A stretch of 64,000 bases of DNA from NCBI GenBank assembly GCA_963774265.1, contig CAVZDU010000007.1:64001-128000 (forward strand), given 5' to 3'. This document shows positions 62,076-64,000 of this stretch, in pieces. Source of the stretch: an uncultured Chloroflexia bacterium (GTDB lineage Bacteria > Chloroflexota > Anaerolineae > CG2-30-64-16). Under the pieces are notes generated by a model. That model did not search any database, was not told where the DNA came from, and worked only from the letters and a program-made list of their open reading frames with translations. A program made the position numbers and the translations under genes. How positions within the stretch are numbered: position 1 is the first letter of the stretch; each line of letters begins with the position of its first letter.

Positions 62076-63016
62076 ATGTCCACGATGAGAGCCGTACGTA
62101 TTCATAAATACGGCGGCGTTGAAGTTCTGCAACTAGAGGACGCGCCGCGTCCTGACTTCGGTGAGGGCGAGGTACTCGTTCGCGTCTTTGCCACCTCGGT
62201 CAATCCTTTTGACTGTGCTGTCCGCGCAGGTTATATGGCTGCGTATCTCAATAACACGTTACCCTTGATCCTGGGGACAGATCTTTCCGGAGTCGTGGAG
62301 GCGGTCGGGCCCGGCGTGACGGCGTTCAAGCGCGGCGATCAGGTCTATGCGCGCGGTGGGGTGGTCCGAGACGGCGCCTACGCTGAGTATGCAGTCGTGC
62401 CAGACTCCGCCGTGGCCATGAAACCGCAGTCCCTCGATCACATCCATGCGGCGGCGCTTCCGCATGTGAGTCTTACGGCGTGGCAGGCGCTGATCGAACA
62501 GGCCAAACTAGCGGCAGGCCAGACGGTCCTGATCCATGGGGCGGCGGGTGGGGTCGGGCACGTGGCCGTGCAACTTGCCAAGGCGCGGCGGCGCGCGTGA
62601 TCGGCACGGGCTCCCGGAATCTCGATTTTGTGCGCGAACTCGGTGTGGATCAGGCGATCGATTACTCGGTCACCCCGTTCGAGAACGTCGTGCAGGATGT
62701 GGACGTCGTGCTGGACACGGTTGGGGGTGATACTCACGACCGTTCGTGGGCCGTGCTCAAGCCTGGCGGCATCCTTGTCTCGGTCATTCAGGCGCCTTCG
62801 CAGGAAGCTGCCGAGGCCCATGGCGTGCGCGCAGCGATGGTCGCCTCTTCGCCACCGATCGGGAAAGTGCTAACGGAACTGGCCGAAATGGTCGACAGCG
62901 GGAAGATCCGGCCGCACGTCTCGGTCATCTTCCCCCTGGAGCAAATGCGTGAAGCTCATCGCACTGTCGAAGGTAAGCACGCTCGCGGCAAGGTCGGCAT
63001 CCTGGTAAACCAGTAA
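62076..63016 (+). CDS. NADP-dependent quinone-reductase-like MDR oxidoreductase (frameshift near 62590)
   Basis: SVNPFD, ILGTDLSG, LIHGAAGGVG; second frame ends in HARGKV. Confidence 0.88.
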
Positions 63017-63138
63017 TTCCCACGTCGCGAAATCGTGCGCTTGCGGGCCCGAACAGGCCTTGCAGGCGCACGATTGATGTTATTGGGTGCGGTCCTCGAT
63101 CTCCCAGGCGTGATCGAGCGCGTCATTCGCTGCCACTC

Positions 63139-63600
63139 CTATCCGCCTGACCGCTCGCGCCATTTCAATATCGCCCTGGCGTGAATCGGGTAGTGGCTGT
63201 ACGAATCGAACCTGAGGCGACGCCTGAAGCGGGTCTCCTGGGTAAATTGCTCATCGGGCGCATTTCGGACGTAATCGACGAGCCGGCCGTGGGTCTCATC
63301 CAACTGACGCAGCACCTCGAGGAGTGAGAGGCTGCGCTTCTGTTGGGTCATCTGCGCGTTGAACGCATCGATGCCGCCGTACTTCACAGAATAGCGGGGT
63401 GGTCTGCCTCCTTCGTTGATGAGCGGCAGATACTTCAGCGCCTCCTCCTCCCATGTGGTGACGTGCGCCAGGATGTCCCTAACGGACCAATCCCCCATGA
63501 TACCCGGCTCAATCAGTTGCGAGTCTGATAAGCCGGCGTACGATTCTTTCAGCGCTGTCCAGGCCTTATCAAGCCGTTTGAGAAGTTGCTGCTTGTCCAT
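63139..63600 (-). CDS. DinB/ClbS/DfsB-like four-helix-bundle protein
   Basis: WSVRDILAHVTTWE...HYPIH. Confidence 0.85.
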   Translation of the reverse strand: MDKQQLLKRLDKAWTALKESYAGLSDSQLIEPGIMGDWSVRDILAHVTTWEEEALKYLPLINEGGRPPRYSVKYGGIDAFNAQMTQQKRSLSLLEVLRQLDETHGRLVDYVRNAPDEQFTQETRFRRRLRFDSYSHYPIHARAILKWRERSGG

Positions 63601-63770
63601 GATATAGGTCTTGCCTCCCAAACTCGGGCTCGAGATAACGGTGAACTTGTTACGCTCTATTATATCACCAAATTAGTCCAATAATGGCACGAGTCCCAAG
63701 GAATCTGTGGCGCAAATGAGTCTGACGCGGGGACTCTTCACTCATCGGTGCCAGACGAGAGACTAAATGG

Positions 63771-63806
63771 AGACCGGGGCGGCTCACTGACAAGCCGCCC
63801 CGGTCT
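63771..63806. terminator. hairpin terminator
   Basis: agaccggggcggct...agccgccccggtct. Confidence 0.65.
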
Positions 63807-63837
63807 GGTGTCAGGTTAGGGGTTTCGCTCCCCAGAC

Positions 63838-64000
63838 TTACTTATCGGGGACGGTGGGCTTGTCGTTGTCGGTCTCGGGTGAGCCGGCGACCGGATCGGT
63901 CCAGAGCTTGCCGGCCAGATAGTCGGCCAGGTTCTCCGGGGTGACGACGACGGAGGGGGTCAGGATGATCTCGGGCACGGTTCTCACCGGCGAGGACCTT
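63838..64000 (-). CDS. C-terminal end of a probable sugar ABC substrate-binding protein (partial)
   Basis: [27 protein letters not shown]...DK*, open to the window edge. Confidence 0.6.
   Translation of the reverse strand, partial: RSSPVRTVPEIILTPSVVVTPENLADYLAGKLWTDPVAGSPETDNDKPTVPDK

Overview
High-GC bacterial window, most consistent with a Chloroflexota (Anaerolineae-like) genome, judging by Pro/Thr-rich lipoproteins, a GT-C glycosyltransferase and a Gld-type ABC system. Housekeeping and envelope genes include ABC and MFS transporters, cysK-cysE, ttcA, tyrosine phenol-lyase, mazG and hisI. Many genes carry single-base frameshifts, probably long-read assembly errors. The main non-obvious signals are: (1) a tRNA-CAU gene (Ile2-type) split after U33 by a 295-nt ORF-less group I intron (38176-38543); (2) a promoter, Cys-Ser-Cys leader peptide and antiterminator/terminator attenuator upstream of cysK-cysE; (3) a decayed integron beside tRNA-Pro, with an intI N-terminal stub, one clear attC and two cassettes; (4) a satellite-like replicon next to tRNA-Gly (SSB-like gene, primase-helicase with a 35-bp inverted repeat inside its own coding sequence, 17-bp iteron-like repeats) plus a type IIG restriction-modification gene; (5) tandem NrdR-like boxes in front of tRNA-Gly; (6) a diverged duplicate of the cysE 3' end that marks an insertion. 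All calls were made by eye and no database searches were run.
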